Source: Folioceros fuciformis (Eukaryota). From it: a DNA stretch of 61,967 nucleotides. The stretch covers positions 1 to 61,967 of the forward strand of contig JBNGIO010005907.1 of the NCBI GenBank assembly GCA_049999805.1, written 5' to 3'. Each line of letters opens with the position of its first letter. Position 1 is the first letter of the stretch. The notes under the pieces were generated by a model. The model searched no databases. It saw only the letters and a list, made by a program, of their open reading frames with translations, and was not told the origin of the DNA. The position numbers and the translations under genes are program-made. Of this stretch, positions 1 through 11,700 are shown piece after piece.

Positions 1-530
1 ATCTTCCACTTGAGCATGAACTAAAATAGGCCTTTCTCGATAATATTCTTCAAAAGAATTTTCAACATCGACAACTTCATTTTTGGGTGGAGGTTGAACG
101 GAAGCCTATATATCATCTGCATCCGGGGTAGAAAAGATAGCACATGCATTTGTCACCTCATAATCAACAAATTCTTGTGCAGACATAGTAGGGGTCAATC
201 CTGTTGTTTCAAGTCCCAAATCCCTCAACTCACAAAGACGCATTTCTATTTCTGCGTAATCTCTGTTGAACAAATCTTCATGTGTTTCTTAGTTGTCTTA
301 TTGTTGCTCATCATCATTGTTAGCATTTCATGTCTCAAAACTAAGTTGATTCAAGTCTATATCCGACACGCTAGCACTTGCTCTCTCTTGCCATAACCGA
401 GAGTGTTTTCAACAATTTCTAATGATTTTCTCTTTAACATCGATACGCCAAGCTTTTTCCAACATAGTCATAGCATGATATACATCAATAAGAGGAGAAT
501 CACCATATTGAATCTCTTGGATTTGATACT
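1..530 (-). mobile_element. Degenerate pogo/Tigger-like (DDE_1) transposase C-terminal fragment
   Basis: Manual minus-strand translation gives IDVYHAMTMLEKAWRIDVKEKIIRNC*KHSRL, matching the pogo/CENP-B-like 'AW..V...I.NCW.H' motif. An acidic tail with stops follows. Confidence 0.55.
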
Positions 531-537
531 GAACAAG

Positions 538-558
538 CCCTAAACCCTAAACCCTAAA
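538..558 (+). repeat. Interstitial plant telomeric repeat (CCCTAAA)3
   Basis: ccctaaa ccctaaa ccctaaa read directly. Confidence 0.9.
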
Positions 559-959
559 TATATATCCAAATATGTGATTTTAGAAGCCTTTATTGTGCGA
601 CGATGTTCTAGAGCATTTAACATTAACTAGCAGAACGTACAACTGGATGGAGAACACCACTTGTTAGATCAAAAGCCTTCAACAATAAATACAAGAGTTA
701 CTAAAATCTATTACAATTTGAATGTGATAACATGTTTTTTCCCAAGCCACATAAAAGCGTAAAAAAAACTGCCAAAGATAGACAGTTATAGGATTTCCGG
801 GCTTAAGACCATCATAAAATAAGAAAAAAAAAATGAAAAATAACACATAAAATTATAAATACTAAACCAAGTTTTAAAAAAATTAAAAAATAATTTTTTA
901 CTTATATACTCCTATATACATAAATATGTATGTACTTACAGCACTATACAGCGCTCTCT

Positions 960-1790
960 CCGTTCGCTCCACTCGCTCTCACGCGCTCCCTCCCTCCTGC
1001 TCTCTAGGTCCTCTTTCTCTTGCCTTCTCCCTCCTTCTCCTTCTTGCTCCTTGCTCCCNNNNNNNNNNTCTTTCTCTTGCCTTCTCCCTCCTTCTCCTTC
1101 TTGCTCCTTGCTCCCCCCTGCTCTCTTGGTCGTCTTTCTCTTGCCTTCTCCCTCCTTCTCCCTCTTGCTCCTTGCTCCCTTGCTCTCTTGGACGTCTTTC
1201 TCTTGCCTTCTCCCTCTTGCTCCTTACTCCTTGCTCCTTCTTGCTCCCTCTTGTTCCCTCTTGCTCCTTGCTCCTTGCTCTCTCCTTCCTCCCTTGTTTC
1301 TTCTTACTTCTTGCTCTCTCCTTCCTCCCTTGNNNNNNNNNNNNNNNNNNNNNNNNNNNNNNNNNNNNNNNNNNNNNNNNNNNNNNNNNNNNNNNNNNNN
1401 NNNNNNNNNNNNNNNNNNNNNNNNNNNNNNNNTGCTTCCTCTTGCTCCTTGCTCTCTCCTTCCTCCCTTGTTTCTTCTTGCTTCTTGCTTTCTCCTTCCT
1501 CCCTTGCTTCCTCTTGCTCCTTGCTCTCTCCTTCCTCCCTTGTTTCTTCTTGCTTCTTGCTTTCTCCTTCCTCCCTTGCTTCCTCTTGCTCCTTGCTCTC
1601 TCCTTCCTCCCTTGTTTCTTCTTACTTCTTGCTCTCTCCTTCCTCCCTTGCTTCCTCTTGCTTCTTGCTCTCTCCTTCCTCCCTTGTTTCTTCTTGCTTC
1701 TTGCTCTCTTCTTCCTCCCTTGCTTCCTCTTGCTCCTTACTCTCTCCTTCCATCCTTGCTTTGAGCCCCCTTGCTCCCTCCTCCTTTTCT
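960..1790. repeat. Polypyrimidine (CT-rich) tandem repeat; ~36-bp unit with alternating variants; contains N gaps
   Basis: Unit tgctctctccttcctcccttgtttcttcttgcttct alternates with ...cttgcttcctcttgctcct. All three + frames are open only because the repeat has almost no A. Confidence 0.9.
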
Positions 1791-2249
1791 TGCTTTGGGC
1801 CCAGCCAAGTCCCGCATTGTGATTGGATAAGTTAGATATCTATATTATCCATGCTATTTTAAACATAATATATATATAATTAAAAATAATAGTATAAAAT
1901 TGGACTATAGTGGTTGGGAGTGCTTATTTTCATAAAACAAGTAACATATAACATTTATAGAAAAATAGCCTTACTTCCCAACTAGGGAGTACCCAAACTT
2001 CTAACATTTATAGACGTATAACATTTAGGGAGGTCACATTTACAGAGTGTCGATTGTACTCAAGGCGCGTGAAGCTATGGAACTGACCGATAGGTTGGGG
2101 TGGCAAAGTTCGCAGTCGTTAGACATGAAAGCTAGCACCTGCACACAGTCCGAAACCTAACCTTGCTATAACGCGGCGAAAAAAGTAAGATATTGTAGAC
2201 CACATCCACCGGCAGCTGGCTCCACACCGCACTGTCCATCGCTATAAAA

Positions 2250-3350
2250 GGCTTGGAGCGTGGTATAGTAGAATCCATGTCCAACATATATACGCGCTCA
2301 GGTAGTCAGCTTCTTCCCAGATTGTATGCCTTGATGCACTTAAGTCCTCTGCCCTCGATGTTCTCCTAGGCTCTGCCATAACGTAGCAAACTCCCGAATG
2401 TCCAGCAACTAGATGAAGCGGAATTGACGCTCCATACGTATACTGTAGCAATATAGCCTTCTCAAGACAACAAGCATAATTCTTTTTACGAAGAAAAGAA
2501 TTCAGATTATATAAGCATAAGCTAGCTAAGAAATTATAAGTATTGTCTCCAAGGACCCTTAAGGTTACCAAGACTCAATGAAAGCATTCGCCTGTAAAGA
2601 AGGACGATGTCTAGCTTGATTCCATGATTACCTTCTCCAAGGGCATTTGTGGTTCCATGTACCCTCACATCTCAAACGCAGAAAGCCAACAAGCTTCCAA
2701 TCCTTCCACTTAAACCTACCTCGAGAGGCCACTTGAAAGTTTCTCGCAGTAGTCAATACTTGCTCCTAGACGAGCCATACTAAGGCCTTAGTCGTCATCG
2801 GGTCCTCAGACAAAGAGGCAGAAGCTCCAAACCAATCCCCACTATTGATTCTTAAAGAGTGGGTTATTAGCAACTTGATCTAGGCCGAAGAGGGCAAATT
2901 GCTCGGTAAGCATAGGATTGACCAAACGAGAGAGCCTTTGAAGCCACCTGTCCACCTCGCTCCAAACCTCTTAGGCAATTTGAAGTGGAAGAACATATGT
3001 TGGCCTTTGTGGGGGCCCCATTGTGGCATAGCTTGCACGTTTTCTCCTCGGCAATTACTAACAAGCCATCCCCAACGATCTTCATTAGAATCTAATGAAG
3101 AAAGGCACCAAGTCGTAAATCTAACCTTAGGGGGAATTCTTGCAACCAACCAAAGAAGGTGGATAGGTGCTTTGCGACGCCGTAAGGATATTCTCAACCT
3201 AGGAGCCATTGGCCAATGCTGTTTGGCTTTTTGCAAGCCAACCTAACAATGGTAAATATCTGCCATTTGACAATGAAAGAAGGACCGAGACCTCCCCTAT
3301 TGGCCACCTGATCGTTTAGACCATCTAAGGAGATCAGGTTGCAAAGTCAA
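2250..3350 (-). mobile_element. Degenerate L1-type LINE ORF2 3' fragment (zf-RVT region, possibly RNase H-like)
   Basis: LLWLVARIPPKVRFTTW...HMFFH resembles the zf-RVT consensus 'LW...PPKV..F.W...HLFF.C'. The reading is broken by frameshifts and stops. Confidence 0.5.
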
Positions 3351-3986
3351 GTGCCAATTCTCCATCAAGTGAAACCAGCAATGTGTTAGATATGTGAATG
3401 TGTTAAAGGTGTTGAATGTAAAGAGGCTCCAGTCTCCAATAGTGAAGTTGACCTATATCCGAACTATGCTAGCTTTGGTTTGAACTTTGAATAGTTTTGA
3501 ACTTGAAAATTCAACAAATGGATGACAACATAGAGATTTTAATGAAGAGATATAAAATTCAACAAATGATGTGACTATAATATTTTATATGGATATTTTA
3601 ATGAAAAATATATATTTCACATAAAGTGAGAAAGAATTATGTATTAAGCAATCCATCATATTTGAAGGTCACTTGGTTATTATTCGCTGCCTTCATTAGG
3701 AGTATTTGATGAACAAGTTTCTTTGCATCCCTTGGTTCAAATTTCTCAAACCCCGTTTGGGTTTAATGTTAAATAATCGGGGGCTGGCTTGAGATTGGAG
3801 CTTCCGAATTCAAAGAAACTGTTGAAATGGAAGGATCACGCAGCCTTATGTGAGCTCTGCGCTCTCTCCTTGAGCGTATGGTGTACACACCACCTTCTCC
3901 AGGGTGAGGAATCTCACCTCTATTCAGGCATACCTTCACAGTCCCGATTGTTGCATCTCTACTCCGAGCAGCTATTGCAGTGCACC

Positions 3987-6353
3987 ATGGCCGCACAAAG
4001 TGCGCCCCTACCTATAGACGATGTATTGGCTTTCTTACTAAAGTTAGATGGCATCATTTTCACCACGCATTCACAAAAATTGGATAGAGCAGGTCTGATT
4101 GCGTGCCACTATGCAGCCGCGGAGGAGGCCCGCAAACTTATGACGCGACGTGATAGAGAATCGCAGTTCACCTATCGTTTGCTATACCCTGAGAAGCGAA
4201 GCGCTCCACTCTCTACTTTAACGCCGATGTTTCTGTGGGAGTCGTCGGAGGACATTTTACGAGTGGGTTCCACAAACTTAGATCAGGTGTTGTACAGCGG
4301 GCGGGTCCTGTATGGCAGGTTGTGTGTCAGGCCATTTATGACAGCAGGAGTTCACACAGTTTTGGAAGACATAAGTGGAAGTGGAGTCTTGCTAGTTATT
4401 GACAACGCTGTGTGCACAACTGAAAGCCAGAAATATGTCTGGAGCAAGTACCCGGACGGCTTGGCGGTGGCAATTAAAGAACCGTTGCTCACGAAGCTGT
4501 GGAGTGATGGGACAATTGGCCTGAAGGTCGCCAATCCAGCAGATATTGTGCCCCTGAAGGACAGGTTCTTATTTCTTCGAGCTATGCAAGCCATACGTTG
4601 TGGATTGGAAGGAATTTTGAACGACACCCATGATGCTCTCATTGTTCGGGGACGCATTCATTGGGATCTGCGAGAGTGGAGTAGGGCAGCTGTTTGCTTC
4701 ACGATTGGTGCCAAGCTCCTGGAGCGTTGTCAAGAGAAATTGCAGGAGGATTTGAACGGCACCACCGGGCTCCGCACGACTGATGTGCAACGCGCGCTGG
4801 CAATCAACGAAGTTAAGCTTGTCCAAATCTACGGTAAGATCAGTGACGCCTGTGTTCGGTTGGGACGTTATAAGAAAGTTTTGGACAATGCTGACAAGGC
4901 GTTGCAGCTCAGCCCTAACCATGTGGACAGCTTGCTGCGAAGGGCTAGAGCTTTGACGGGGATGCAGCGATACGACGAGGCGATTCGCTGTCTCAAGGTG
5001 GTGCAGGCAAGTTCCGTTAGACCGCTCTTCGAACCGATAGCACAAGCAGCTGCTCAACAGGCCCGTGAGGGCATCTACCAGTTGCAATGGGAAGACCTTC
5101 ACCGTGGAATCTACAATGCTTCAGAGTTTGAAACGTACGTTGGACCGATCGAGATTCGCATGGCCAGCCAAAACGGTGGAAGGGGAATGTTTGCAACTAG
5201 AGATGTAAGGCCCGGGGAGCTGCTCCTTGTGAGCAAACCCCTTACGCGAGGGAGTCCACGGGCGAGAGGGCCTAGATTGGAGTTCCTCTGTAACCAACGA
5301 GACCAGAATCCTGGACCACAAGAAATCCTCTGCCAGCTGAGTGAAGAGAAGTACAATGCCACGGTGCAAATGATAGCGAAGGCACAAGAATCTCCACAAT
5401 ATGCTACGCAGATGAAAAGTCTGCAACATGGCTTCGTGACCAAACAAGATTTACCTCCAATGTCTTTGTTCACAGAGGACTGGGATGATGATAAGTATGG
5501 AGATGTAAGTTCGCCAGAGAACCAAGAACTTCTTGAGATAAGCGTAGAAACAGCTCATGTCCGTGGCGCTGTACAGACCAACGCGTTTGTTGAGGATAGA
5601 GACAACGCTCCAGTATATGTATATGGATTGTCCTCGTTCTTCAACCATTCATGTTCTCCAAATTGCTTCCAATACTCACTCGGCGACTTTCAATTCATGA
5701 GCTCGTCCTGTTCAGTATCAGCTGGAGAGATGCTTACTATCAGCTACTTTTCTACTGTTACCAACTTCAATTACCGCATGCAAGCGAGCATGAAACACTT
5801 CGGCCAAAAGTGTGACTGTGTGAGGTGTAAGTTTGAAGAGCAGGCAATCACGGAGATTCCGGCCTTGGAAGCTCTGCTGACAAGATATTGCAAAGACTTC
5901 GCAGTCGGTTCTTTTGACGTACAGGATGTTCGATCTCCAGTGTACAGAAACAAGTGTTTCCAAGTCAGAACCGAGCTGGAGACAATTTTCAATAGCGAAG
6001 AATGTAAAGCATTCTCCGAGGAGTCGAAGGACTGGATTCGGGCTTCCTTTGCCCAGGTTTATGTGCTGCCACTGCTTGGCTTTCCCAGGCTCTTCGATAA
6101 GGACTGGCTGGATGAAGTTGTGCGACTTCTTACCTCAGTTATTCCCGGGAGCTTGAGTTTAATTGGCACTTTGGCCATTTTGCACGAGTTCCTTGTCTCG
6201 GTCGATAGAGAAGGCTGCGTGAAGCAACATTTCCTGCAAGCTTGTGCTAACCTCTATTTGCCGGTGGAGAGAGACTTTAACAATTTACTCAACTGGGCTC
6301 ATCAACGTGCTCCCATTGCTTTCGTCCTCAAACAGATGGTTACGTCTATTTGA
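3987..6353 (+). CDS. Intronless TPR + SET-domain protein lysine methyltransferase-like protein
   Basis: Open 854-codon frame, first ATG at 3987. TPR helices (ADKALQLSPNHVDSLLRRARAL), SET motifs GRGMFAT, FFNHSCSPNC and EMLTISY, and post-SET CDCVRC are present. Confidence 0.85.
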   Translation: MAAQSAPLPIDDVLAFLLKLDGIIFTTHSQKLDRAGLIACHYAAAEEARKLMTRRDRESQFTYRLLYPEKRSAPLSTLTPMFLWESSEDILRVGSTNLDQVLYSGRVLYGRLCVRPFMTAGVHTVLEDISGSGVLLVIDNAVCTTESQKYVWSKYPDGLAVAIKEPLLTKLWSDGTIGLKVANPADIVPLKDRFLFLRAMQAIRCGLEGILNDTHDALIVRGRIHWDLREWSRAAVCFTIGAKLLERCQEKLQEDLNGTTGLRTTDVQRALAINEVKLVQIYGKISDACVRLGRYKKVLDNADKALQLSPNHVDSLLRRARALTGMQRYDEAIRCLKVVQASSVRPLFEPIAQAAAQQAREGIYQLQWEDLHRGIYNASEFETYVGPIEIRMASQNGGRGMFATRDVRPGELLLVSKPLTRGSPRARGPRLEFLCNQRDQNPGPQEILCQLSEEKYNATVQMIAKAQESPQYATQMKSLQHGFVTKQDLPPMSLFTEDWDDDKYGDVSSPENQELLEISVETAHVRGAVQTNAFVEDRDNAPVYVYGLSSFFNHSCSPNCFQYSLGDFQFMSSSCSVSAGEMLTISYFSTVTNFNYRMQASMKHFGQKCDCVRCKFEEQAITEIPALEALLTRYCKDFAVGSFDVQDVRSPVYRNKCFQVRTELETIFNSEECKAFSEESKDWIRASFAQVYVLPLLGFPRLFDKDWLDEVVRLLTSVIPGSLSLIGTLAILHEFLVSVDREGCVKQHFLQACANLYLPVERDFNNLLNWAHQRAPIAFVLKQMVTSI

Positions 6354-7076
6354 TTTACTTCTTCAGATTTTCGTTTTTTTTATAGACATAATATAGATTT
6401 ATATTTAATAATTGTTTTATGGATATAAAGAGATTATTACTTACATTATTTTATACTATGATTTTATTTACTGTATTAATATTCTGTAAAAAATTACTAG
6501 ATATAAAATGATACACCACAAACAAACAAAACAAGTACCGGTGTCTAATGAGGGACAATTTGGGTATGATCTTATTAGAGCTCCACTCATCAAACCCCTT
6601 AAGTTATTTCATACTGTGCTATGGCAGCTTATGGGCCATGGCTGAAAGTTATTGCCCAAAGGGTTATTCCAAACAAAAAGTTCTTAGTGCATGTTTGTAT
6701 TATTGGCACTTGTCCTTGCCGCATGCATAATACATCGCTGTAGCCAGGTTGGCGGTCGAGTGCAGAACTGAACAAGCCCGTGCTCTTGTTCCTTAGATTA
6801 TACCAGAATGTTGATGTCAGAAATCACTGGACTGGAAAATAAATGTAATGTCGCAACGGTCGTCGTGAGTTCTTGTCCTGAGGAATTACTAATTGTACAC
6901 AACAGGGGTATCCTGTGCACGAGAGATCAGCTCTTGAGGAAAGCAGAATCTTACACTGACGACTCTAGCACCACCTGCATTTGAGGATATCATGACCTCC
7001 ATGTGCTACCAAAAATGACCCTGATGTCAAAAATTTCTCAATTGAGAGAGATCCTTTAAGCAACAAAGAATCTGCA

Positions 7077-8630
7077 CTAAAACGCGAGCTTATGATACGT
7101 ATCGGTGAATGCTGTTGGATCTCTTAATGCCTTTTTCGCACGCCAGTACACTGCTCCAGCAGCTTCCATATTCTCGGCCTGCAAGGATCAAACAAGCATA
7201 GCATAGTGTTACATGCGGATCTTCACACTTGTTTCTACACAGGCTACAGCCATATGGAAAGTTTACCTGAAGTTCCTGGCCATAAGTGGGTATCCTTCTT
7301 TCCGTGCAGCTTGACAGCCTGGTCAAATAACTTGCGCATGCGTCCAAAAGCATCCACGTCTCCAACCACGGCTATGCGTGACTCAATGGTTATGCTATGC
7401 CGTATAAAGTCACCTTGGAGCAGGTAGAGCTAGCAGGCTGCACATGGTCAGGCTTCCTGGTCATCGAGAATGACGACTACAAAAATCGCTGGTGGGGAGG
7501 GCAGCATCCTTCAAATTTCTTAGCGAGGCCTGTGGGTGTTTCAGATAAGTTCAGAGCAATCGACCAAATGCAGGCCCAACATCTCACCTTGACTGCCCTC
7601 TGAAGTCATTCATCAAAACCTAGCTTGGCTGATGTCCGACGCTGCCGTTTGGCTTTCCAATCCCAGGTAGCCTCATCAGTAGGAAACTCCTTTTCCAAGC
7701 TATCACAAAAGTCAATCTCGATCCTCTCCGCGTCAGGTAGATCGAATCCCTGAAGTAGCTCCACAAACCGGCGTCGAAAAGTGATACTACAAGGAATTTT
7801 CACGACAGCATTCCGGAAGATGGTGAGAGGAATTTCATAAGTGGGATGCTCAGCCCTTACTACAACCGCAGAGTCACCTGTCAAAGGTAGTGCTTGGTCA
7901 GTCTTAACACCTGAATCTGAATCCAGACCAAGAACAAGCCTTCTAGCCTAGAGCTTCTGAGCGCATGTAAGCTCCATCCTGAAGTACTCAAGCCACAAGG
8001 ATTGAGCTTGAGGGCATGCTCGGATGCCGTCCAGCATTAGTGCTCTCGCAGCCTCGACGTTTAAATTGTGCTCGAATTCCCAGGCGGCTGCGTACATCCA
8101 CAGGTCAGGAACAGCAGAATGCAGCTGCAACGCCTTGGCCATGACCTAAGGAGGAAACGTTGAACACCACAGACAGCTGTGCCAATATAAAGGAGCACAA
8201 CAATTTTGGGATGCAAGCAAAACAATACCTTTCGCAGGCGACGAGGGCAGTGGTTCCTGCAAAATTCCATGTACCGCAACCAGGGCTTGAGGTTGCCCTT
8301 GAACCTAGAGACGGAACTCTGGTAGATGAGCATAATGTGCACTACCAAGGAGTGATCGGATAGAGAGGAACGCCATCTCTTTCCAGAAGCCTTGAGGCCC
8401 CTCACAAGAGCCTTTTCCCGCAGCTTGCGCAGAGCCTACAGCTGCTGCTCGTACTGGATGTAGCTCACGAAGTCTTGCTCAAGCACTGCGTGCCTCTTGA
8501 GCAGATATTCAAAGTTGCTACGCCTCCTCACGATTTCCTTGATCTCGGCTGGCGAAAATAGATCGCGCTTCTCCAAATCTTCGAGCTCGGGGAGCATGTG
8601 CTCTAAAGGGTAACGCACGGAGTCCGCCAT
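7077..8630 (-). pseudogene. UTP6: U3 snoRNA-associated protein 6 (HAT-repeat) pseudogene
   Basis: UTP6 N-terminus MADSVRYPLEHMLPELEDLE..., HAT repeat LWMYAAAWEFEHNLNVEAARAL and C-terminus AGAVYWRAKKAL are recognisable. In-frame stops lie at 8436, 7948 and 7606, frameshifts near 7410 and 7280, and the central region appears deleted. Introns are retained. Confidence 0.85.
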
Positions 8631-8700
8631 GGTTGCGCATGCCTCACTTGGGAAGGGCCCTCAATTGGGTCTACATGGGCGAAGACATACCAAGTGAGCA

Positions 8701-11700
8701 ATGGTTACTCTGGGTATGATGGGTGTCAGCCGACTGCACGGACATGTAGCGTTGCCTCACCCGGCAGCCCAGCAGTCAGTATTAGTTGATGATGGACTCC
8801 TGTGCATCAACTGGAAAATTCCACAGCAGAAGCTCAAGCCTGGTGGGTTCGATGCTGAGTCTAGGATTACATCTTCTGGACTTTCGGCTCCAGGGGTCGG
8901 AGCTCGAGCTTACATGCTTGCTAGCAGCCGAAGAGATTCAGAGGTGGAAACCTGGAGAAGAATTTGTGTGGATGGTCAGAAGCTACATGTGGCTGTGGAA
9001 GCGTTGGTCCATCTGGTGCAGGCAGGGTCATTTGTTGATAACACATTGCTCTATCTTGTGCTCAAGAGATGCATTGAAGAGGAGGATTTGGTTCTTGGGA
9101 GGCGTGTACATGCTCTAACTGTGAGAAGTGGGAATGGGTCCGACTCGTTTCTCGTCAACCATTTGGTTCGTATGTATGCTGCCCATGCCAGGTTGGGGGA
9201 AGCCATGCAGGTTTTTGCCAACATGGCTGCGCCCAACAGCTTTGTGTGGGCTTCCATAATCAAGGCACATAGCGACCATGGGCAGCCTGCACAGGCTATT
9301 GAGCTATTTCGGGGGATGCGGCGGTCGGGGGTAAAGCCCAACGACAGTGTCTATGTGGCTGTGCTCAAGGCGTGTGCCTGTGCAGAAGATCTCGTTTCTG
9401 GGAAGGAGTTTCATGCTGACATTATCCGCAGTGGGGGGCAGACTAGTATGTTTGTTAGCACCTGCCTTGTGAAGATGTATGCACAGTGTGGAAGGTTAGA
9501 GGATGCACGTACAGTGTTCGACAAGATGCCCACAAAAGATGTTGTGGCGTGGACTACCATGATTGCTGGATATGCTCACGGACGGCTCGGTCAAGAAGCT
9601 CTAAATCTCTATGCGTCTATGCAAGCAGACGTCCTGAGTCCAGCCAATCAATTGACATTCATAGCCCTTCTAAAGGCATGTGCTATAATTGGAGACATTC
9701 ATCAGGGGAAACAGCTTCATTCAGTAATCCAGAAGAGGGGATTGGAAACTGAGATCGTGGTTGGCAACTGCTTGGTGGACATGTATTCCAAGTGTGGCAG
9801 CTTAGAGGATGCTCGCAAATTGTTCGACAGCATGTTGAGAAGAGATGTGGTGACATGGAATACCATGATCACAGGATATGCTCAGCACGGGCTTGGTCAG
9901 CACGCCCTTGATCTCTATGCAGATAGGAAACAGGAATGCGTCGATGTTGCCAATCATTTCACATACTCTGGCCTCCTAAATGCCTGTGCCAGTGTGAGGG
10001 CATTACCTCAAGGGGAAGAGATTCATTCCCTCATTGAAGAAAGGGGCCTGGAATCTGATTTGGTTGTTGGAAATTGCCTGGTTGACATGTACGCCAAGTG
10101 TGGGAGCCTAGACGATGCTCAGATGGCGTTTGACATGTTGCCGATGAAAGATGTTGTTACTTGGAATACCATGATTGGAGGATATAGTCAGCATGGGCTC
10201 GGTCAAGAAGCTCTTGATCTGTATGCTAGAATGCAGGATGAGGGCTTGACTGAAGCCAATGATGTCACTTTTTCATTCCTCTTTAACGCATGTGCCAGTG
10301 TTGGTGCTTTGCATAAAGGGAAGCAGATCCACATGCTGGTTCAACAAAGGGAATTGGAAGTTGACTTGGTTATGGGCAACTGCCTCATAGACATGTATTC
10401 AAAGTGCGGTAGTCTAGAGGATGCGAGGTTAGTCTTCCACAGTCTGCTTGCAAAAGATGTGGTAACGTGGACTTCCATGATTACAGGATATGCTCAGCAC
10501 GGATTGAGTGATGAGGCCCTCAGTCTATATCAAGATATGCAACGAGCGGGCATTACACTAGCCAATCAGGTGACGTTTGTGTCCCTCCTGAAAGCTTGTG
10601 CCAGTGTGGGAGCTCTGCATCAGGGAAAGCACCTTCATACTCTAATTCGGGAAAGGGGACTTGAAGCTGATCTTGATGTTGGCAACTGCTTGGTGGACAT
10701 GTATTCAAAATGTGGGGCCATCCAGGATGCTCGCCTCATCTTTGAAGAGATGTCCACAAGGGATGTGGTAACATGGACTTCGATGATCGGGGGATATGCC
10801 ATGCATGGACTTGGACAGGAAGCCCTTGATCTTTATGCAATCATGCAACAGCAACGCCTCATTGAGCCCAATCGTGTTACATTTTTGTGCCTTCTCAAAG
10901 CTTGCACCATGGTAGGAGCCGCACATCAAGGGAAGCAGATTCACGGGGTGATTAGGGAAAGGGGGCTGGAAGCTGACGCAACCATTAACAGTTGCTTGGT
11001 GGACATGTATGCCAAATGCGGGAGCTTAGAGAGTGCTCGCAGCTTGTTTGACAGGTTGCCCGCAAGAGATGTGGTGACATGGAATGCTTTACTTAATGGC
11101 TATGCTGCACACGGTGATGACCGAAAGGCAATTCATTGTTTCGAAGAAATGGAGCAGGACGGAGTGAAACCGAATGCTGCCACTTTCATTTCGCTTCTGG
11201 TGGCATGCAGTCACAAAGGCCTTGTGAGTGAGGGTCAGGCTTATTTCAAGCAGATGGTTGAAGATCATGGCCTAGTTCCCACCGACTGTCATCACAACTG
11301 CATGGTAGATCTTTTTGGTCGATCAGGCAATCTGGACCTGGCTGAAGTCCTCTTGCAAACCACCAGATTCGAGAACGAGGTGGTGGGTTGGACATCGTTG
11401 CTGAGTTCCTGCAAATGCCACGGGGACGTGGACCGAGCCCAGCGATGTTTCAATCGCCTTGTCACTTTGGAACCCGAGAACGCGTCCCCTTACATGCTCT
11501 TGGGTAATTTATATGCCAAATCTGGCAGGTGGGAGGATGTAAAGCATCTTGAAGGGCTGAGGAAGGCTGCTGGCGCTTGGAAGAAGCCCGCAAGGGCCTC
11601 TATTGAATTGAAGAACAAAGTACATGAGTTCGTTGTAGGAGAAGAAAGGGCTGACATCTCATCAAAGTTGGAGAGCCTAAATATAAGATTAAAAAAAGAG

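Noticed and set aside
538-558. Chromosome end
   Set aside because: Only three telomeric units, embedded in TE-derived sequence.
926-1835. Three long L/S/P-rich ORFs
   Set aside because: Artefacts of an A-poor tandem repeat containing N gaps.
7077-8630. UTP6 in-frame stops being repaired by U-to-C editing from the neighbouring DYW:KP protein
   Set aside because: Every stop codon is formally U-to-C convertible, so this is not evidence. The gene also has frameshifts and a deletion that editing cannot fix, and PPR editing is organellar.
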